Shown in pieces: positions 53,891 through 58,118 of a stretch of 58,118 nucleotides of DNA. The translations under genes were made by a program, and so were the position numbers. Under the pieces are notes generated by a model. That model worked only from the letters and a program-made list of their open reading frames with translations, was not told the DNA's origin and ran no database searches. The stretch is from a virus. Lineage: Duplodnaviria > Caudoviricetes. Within the stretch, counting starts at the first letter, position 1, and each line of letters starts with the position of its first letter. Where the stretch lies: positions 1-58,118 of IMG/VR virus record IMGVR_UViG_3300023272_000003; one strand, 5' to 3'.

Positions 53891-54474
53891 ATCGTCTCTC
53901 CTGGTGAATTTAATCGCTTATCGGTCTCCACGACCGCCGCCCAAACCTCTTCCCACGTCCAGCATATATAACTGCCGCCCCGGTCGCAGAGGCGTTGCTG
54001 ATCGTCACTGATCGGCGTCCCGCTGCCCTTCATTTCTACATCCAACCACACCCCCACCGGCCACGCCGCGCCCCTTATCTGCAGGTCGGGCGTCCCTGGT
54101 GTATTGCCCTGCCAGCCTGTCGCGACCGTGAATGTTCCGCACTGGCTGCACTTGACCCCGGCCCGGCTCTTGCCGACTTCCAGCACTTCATAACCGCGCC
54201 CTTGGAGCGCTGCCACGACCTGCGCCTGTAGATCCTTTTCTGCGACCTTCACCGTCACAACCTGCCGCCCTGGATCAAGCCCCGGCAGTTTCGGCTGCAC
54301 GACGCGGTACTTCGCCACCGCCCGGACTGTCCCGTAGCTGCATCCCTCTGCCGGGCAGTACAGGACATCGGCGTACCGGCTGTCGGCCAGGAGTTCGGTA
54401 TCACATTTTTTGCAGACCGGAACAGTCGGCACGCTTACCTCGAAATCTGTAAAAAGTCCCCGGCTGATGCGCAC
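53887..54474 (-). CDS. VRR-NUC (PD-(D/E)xK) nuclease with zinc ribbon
   Basis: EKDLQ..GTPDL..VEMK..S.DQ. Confidence 0.8.
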   Translation of the reverse strand: MRISRGLFTDFEVSVPTVPVCKKCDTELLADSRYADVLYCPAEGCSYGTVRAVAKYRVVQPKLPGLDPGRQVVTVKVAEKDLQAQVVAALQGRGYEVLEVGKSRAGVKCSQCGTFTVATGWQGNTPGTPDLQIRGAAWPVGVWLDVEMKGSGTPISDDQQRLCDRGGSYICWTWEEVWAAVVETDKRLNSPGETI

Positions 54475-54585
54475 CGCCGGGGCAGTATTCTCTCGCTGGA
54501 GGCGTCGGCTCTTACTACCGCCCTCCTCACAAGGCTCAGGAAGCCCTCTGAGGAGGGGCAGGGCGCACCACAGCCCTGCGTGCCT

Positions 54586-54837
54586 TCAACAACGCGGCGT
54601 CATCCCGTTCACCGTCGGGCCGCCAATCTTGATGAACTCTTCGTCAGTAGCGTCGATCTTTCCATCATGGACCGCCTGCAATTTCGTAGGATCGCCTGGA
54701 ACGGTCGGGTCAATGTCGTGAATGAAAACGAGGTTCAGGTGGTTGCGAACCATCTTCACTTGATCGGCATCAAGCCGTGTATGCCCGCTCAACTCGAAAA
54801 ATCCCTGAAGCCAAAACGCGAAGTCTCTTGCTGTCAT
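54586..54837 (-). CDS. hypothetical protein
   Basis: DFAFWLQGFFE..NHLNLVF; GGAGAGG RBS. Confidence 0.7.
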   Translation of the reverse strand: MTARDFAFWLQGFFELSGHTRLDADQVKMVRNHLNLVFIHDIDPTVPGDPTKLQAVHDGKIDATDEEFIKIGGPTVNGMTPRC

Positions 54838-54929
54838 CGCCTCTCCCCTTTCAGAGCGGCTGGGCGCGGTTTGACGATCTGAACTGACGACGGCGGCAGG
54901 GTGAATTCCGCGCCCATGCGCCGCACCTC

Positions 54930-55499
54930 TTAGGCAGGCGTTTCGTCAGTCGCCGGAACCGAAGAACCATCGCCGGAATCGACGGGCGGCACGCTGGTGC
55001 CATCGGTAGGAGGGGCCGGGGTCGGGTCGGGCGTCGGGGTCTCCGGTTGCGGGTTCGCCTTCGCCAACTCCGCGAGGTTGAGGTTGTTGTCACCAGCCAC
55101 CTTGTCCAACGCGGTGTTGAACTCCGCCAGAACGTTCGCGGCGGTGAGATCGGAGGCATCGACCTTCGCCTGCAACTCCGCGATTTTGGCCTCTCCTGCC
55201 GCGATGGCAGCCTCATCCTGCTCGTCGTCGCTCTTCGCCGCTGTGAGCTGCGCCTGTGTCTCTGCAAGCAGTGCATCCTTCGCCGCCAGTTGGTCAGTGA
55301 ATGCCTTCGTGACCGCCGCGTAACTTACTGCCAGAGCCTGAATGCCGGCCAGTTCCTGCGCATCCTGTGCCGCGATGGCGTCGAGCTTTGCCTGTGTGGT
55401 TGCGTCCATCTGTTTTCCTTGTTCGAGTATTTCGTCGAGCTTCTGGAGCGTCCTGATAGCGCGCCCCTTCCGGCTCAACAATGCGTAATCTTCAACCAT
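54930..55499 (-). CDS. acidic coiled-coil protein with Pro-rich tail
   Basis: Heptad-rich; start uncertain. Confidence 0.65.
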   Translation of the reverse strand: MVEDYALLSRKGRAIRTLQKLDEILEQGKQMDATTQAKLDAIAAQDAQELAGIQALAVSYAAVTKAFTDQLAAKDALLAETQAQLTAAKSDDEQDEAAIAAGEAKIAELQAKVDASDLTAANVLAEFNTALDKVAGDNNLNLAELAKANPQPETPTPDPTPAPPTDGTSVPPVDSGDGSSVPATDETPA

Positions 55500-55764
55500 A
55501 GGGGAGTTCCCTTTACTATGCGTTTCGCGGTCTATCTCTCTTCTGTTTTGGGCGCGGTTCTGTCTTCCGCGCCCTGTACGGTTCTGCTGATTTACCCGAT
55601 CGGGCTTTTACTTTTTGGTCAAATCCGCGCTCCTTTCGAGTGTGGTAGGGAATGCAGTCCCCTCCTCCGAACCGACCACCTTGCAGAGTTGATGTTGAAG
55701 CACAAAACGCATCTGGTCGGCTCGGAGCAAGGTCGGCAGTGGTGCCGCCGTCCCCGCTGGTGCG

Positions 55765-56013
55765 TCAGTATTCTTTCGATCCTAAAAAGCACGGTTCACC
55801 CTTCTCCGCGCACCACTCAGAGGCTAACTGCTCCTTAAGGAGTTCCCCGTCATCTCCATCGAAGAGCCTTAGAAGCCTGTCGTCAGGCAACTCCTTAAAC
55901 TCATCAATCTCGTCGGCAGGCAGTTCGTAATGCTTCGCGTTCGCCTCAAGTGCCGCCTCTGCGCTCACATCGATCATCCAGTCCGTACCGTTCGAGTAAA
56001 CATGCAGTGCCAT
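55765..56013 (-). CDS. hypothetical protein
   Basis: AAGGAG RBS. Confidence 0.65.
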   Translation of the reverse strand: MALHVYSNGTDWMIDVSAEAALEANAKHYELPADEIDEFKELPDDRLLRLFDGDDGELLKEQLASEWCAEKGEPCFLGSKEY

Positions 56014-56151
56014 CTATTCCGCTCCTTTCCGGCGCACTATCCGCGCCTTCCCCTCCGTGATGCCGACCGCTGTGTTGCGTCCGTTAAGATTCCGTCCGCT
56101 CGCCTGTTCAGGAGAAAGAGCACATTGTAGATCGGCATCACGCAGGGGAGA

Positions 56152-56478
56152 TTAGGGCCGCGCCTCCCTCACCGCCACCGAAGCCCCCGTGTTGCCGCCC
56201 TGTGGGCGCTGGTGATGGCCATACCACCACGCTGCGAAAGCGATATAGGCGAAGGTGCTCCCGACGATCAGGAGCGCCAGTACAACGCTGTTCGTCAGCC
56301 TGTAGGCCCATCGCGACCGCGCGCCGCTCTGGATTAGGTCATGCAGGCCACGGGGCGGCAGGGCAGATCCAGCAGGCTTGGCCTCCTTGCCACGGCGCGA
56401 CCACGAAAGCGGCAGTTCCGGCAGGGGGATGGGGGCGTCCTGGGTGTCGCTCTCCTGCCATGCGGGTTGGTTGCTCAT
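56152..56478 (-). CDS. single-TM membrane protein
   Basis: VVLALLIVGSTFAYIAFAAWW. Confidence 0.6.
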   Translation of the reverse strand: MSNQPAWQESDTQDAPIPLPELPLSWSRRGKEAKPAGSALPPRGLHDLIQSGARSRWAYRLTNSVVLALLIVGSTFAYIAFAAWWYGHHQRPQGGNTGASVAVREARP

Positions 56479-56777
56479 TGGTCGAATTCTCCCTTCGCTT
56501 TAGGTACACATCGCCCGGTATGCTTGCCTGTCTCGGCCTTGCCTTTTCGGCCCCATTCGGCCCGCTCTGCTTTTCGCCCTGGCATATTGTCCACAGGAGC
56601 GTAACTGGCTGTCATGCCGTGATGCTCACGCATCCGCTGCACCGCCGCAGGGCCGACGACGCTGAATCTCTTGAGTGTCGTCTCCGCTTCTTCGAGCAGG
56701 CAGGCCAGGCAGAGGGATCGTCCTTCCGACGCGTGGATAGTGCGCCGCCCACATTTACAGCAAGAGAAAGTCTTCAT
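56475..56777 (-). CDS. zinc-finger hypothetical protein
   Basis: CCKC..CLAC; AGGAGG RBS. Confidence 0.55.
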   Translation of the reverse strand: MKTFSCCKCGRRTIHASEGRSLCLACLLEEAETTLKRFSVVGPAAVQRMREHHGMTASYAPVDNMPGRKAERAEWGRKGKAETGKHTGRCVPKAKGEFDQ

Positions 56778-57232
56778 AGCGCCTCCTGTTCTTGCCGAAC
56801 CACATCCCATAGCGCTCTTATGTCCGACTGAACTAGAGAGCCTTCCAAGTGTTGCTCTGTCAGTTGCACAGCGTCACAGTTATCCTGTCCACTGACACCG
56901 GCCCATAAAGCGATTAGTAAATCATGCCGGGAAGCACAGCCCATAGAAATTACCGTCTCCCGCGCGTTGTGCTTGCAGGATGCAGATCCGTTCCAGCGTG
57001 CCCCATTCGGGCTGTCACCCTCTACTATGTATTTATTGCGCTCCAACGCGAACAACAGCAGGGATTCGTGTTGTGTCAAAGGTTTTGGGCTTCCGAGATC
57101 ATGCGCCAATTTGCGCGAACCAATAAACTTTCGGTGCAGACGGTTTGTTTCAGCCTGCATAAGTTCCAGCGCCTCTTGCGTTCGCTTCTGCACAATTTCC
57201 CCAGCAAGGCGAATAACTTCATCGTCCGTCAC
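56774..57232 (-). CDS. hypothetical protein (possible LuxR-like HTH)
   Basis: LTQHESLLL...MGCASRHDL. Confidence 0.55.
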   Translation of the reverse strand: MTDDEVIRLAGEIVQKRTQEALELMQAETNRLHRKFIGSRKLAHDLGSPKPLTQHESLLLFALERNKYIVEGDSPNGARWNGSASCKHNARETVISMGCASRHDLLIALWAGVSGQDNCDAVQLTEQHLEGSLVQSDIRALWDVVRQEQEAL

Positions 57233-57552
57233 AGCGTCTCCCCCTCCTCTCCGAACATGGCCACGCCAGGATTTCGGCTCATCTCTGAGAGCATGGTATC
57301 CACAAGGCGCTCGGCATCAAGGCGCTTGTAAATCAGATCTCCCGCCTCTGCGAAGGTCTCCCATGTGGGCTTCCTGAAGGCTTGCTGTGCGGCCCGCATC
57401 TCCCGTACAGCCTCCCGAAACGTCACCGCGTTATCCGCCGCCGCGAACAGCCGGGCGTCTGCCTCCACCATGCCCCGCGCCGCCTGCCGATCACCTTCCC
57501 ACACCGACCAGCCGAATGTGGAGCCGTCGTTCTGCGATCTGAATCTGCTCAT
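57229..57552 (-). CDS. hypothetical protein
   Basis: GGAGGTG RBS; V.EMR.AQ..F. Confidence 0.6.
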   Translation of the reverse strand: MSRFRSQNDGSTFGWSVWEGDRQAARGMVEADARLFAAADNAVTFREAVREMRAAQQAFRKPTWETFAEAGDLIYKRLDAERLVDTMLSEMSRNPGVAMFGEEGETL

Positions 57553-57791
57553 GCCGCCACCTCCTCAGCCTTAACGCGAAGATCCTTGCCGCAGAACGGG
57601 CAGAAACTTGCAAATAGGCTCGGCGTTTTTCGATTCCACTTGGTGTTGATTTTGTGAGTCGGAATCGCCATGACAGTGAAGAACTCGCCCTGCATCGTCA
57701 TAGCCCTCGACAACGACAACTGCGCGTTATGCGGCTCAAGTTGAGTACCAATCGCCTCCCAGCACTCACAGGGAATTGTCTTGCTTGTCAT
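57549..57791 (-). CDS. Cys-rich hypothetical protein
   Basis: CEC...FCPFCG. Confidence 0.65.
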   Translation of the reverse strand: MTSKTIPCECWEAIGTQLEPHNAQLSLSRAMTMQGEFFTVMAIPTHKINTKWNRKTPSLFASFCPFCGKDLRVKAEEVAA

Positions 57792-58108
57792 GCCGCCACC
57801 GCCATTTCTTCCACCACACGCCCCACGGCCTCATAGCGCAGCGTAAACGTAATGGGCTCAGGATCGTCGCGGTCGTCCAGCGCCTGCTCTGCCTCAGCCT
57901 GCCGCAACCACGCCACCAACTCCGGGGGCGTCTCGCACATCGCCGTGCTGCCATCACCCCAGAACATCGAAACATTCAGGTCACTCACCGATACCTTGGC
58001 GAATTCACCCATCGTGCAGGCAATGACCGCCTCCACGACCGTTCGCACCGCGTACTGCCCCAGAAGCGACGCCGGGACGTGGAACGTTTTGCTGACTATC
58101 CTGCTCAT
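57788..58108 (-). CDS. hypothetical protein
   Basis: GGAGGAG RBS across the circular join. Confidence 0.65.
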   Translation of the reverse strand: MSRIVSKTFHVPASLLGQYAVRTVVEAVIACTMGEFAKVSVSDLNVSMFWGDGSTAMCETPPELVAWLRQAEAEQALDDRDDPEPITFTLRYEAVGRVVEEMAVAA

Positions 58109-58118
58109 CGGCTCTCCT

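Noticed and set aside
55500-55760. Hairpin-rich gap as an ncRNA
   Set aside because: One long hairpin and a possibly frameshifted small ORF; no coherent fold or promoter could be supported.
58088-58118. Terminal repeat as a biological direct terminal repeat or att site
   Set aside because: Exactly 31 bp (a common k-mer size) and falls within coupled genes; best explained as assembly overlap.
1-58118. Diversity-generating retroelement or retron
   Set aside because: No reverse transcriptase motif seen; the 18..230/48009..48206 pair differs at synonymous sites, not adenine-specifically.

Overview
The window is an apparently complete, circularly assembled ~58.1-kb genome of a tailed dsDNA phage (bases 1-31 repeat at 58088-58118, and an ATGA-coupled gene pair spans the join). 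The tail genes are siphovirus-like; the host cannot be determined from sequence alone. Layout: (i) a divergent CI/Cro-like switch with TGTATCA-N4-TGATACA operators (0.9-1.9 kb); (ii) a rightward accessory/maintenance arm (2-16 kb) with consensus sigma70 promoters, an HTH replication-initiator-like gene, an HNH-like nuclease and many small ORFs; (iii) a leftward early arm (58-43 kb) with VRR-NUC nuclease, recombination protein, MT-A70 methyltransferase, SF2 helicase, an Arc-like regulator and a degenerate tRNA; (iv) a leftward late arm (42.9-13.9 kb) with terminase, portal, scaffold, capsid, tail, fibres, SGNH hydrolase and lysis genes. No integrase, ParA, polymerase, reverse transcriptase or CRISPR array was recognised. 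Most unusual signals: a C4/CI-like structured antisense RNA whose two loops match three target sites, each over the RBS of a consecutive gene; four paralogous CCHC/basic mini-regulators closing operator-bearing promoter cassettes; a dif-like Xer site, counter-transcript-controlled rep and Par-like protein suggesting an integrase-free plasmid-prophage or Xer-exploiting lifestyle; lysis genes interleaved head-to-head with opposite-strand genes; and tandem tRNA-like RNAs in the late leader. Product calls come from motif recognition and synteny by eye; no database search was run.
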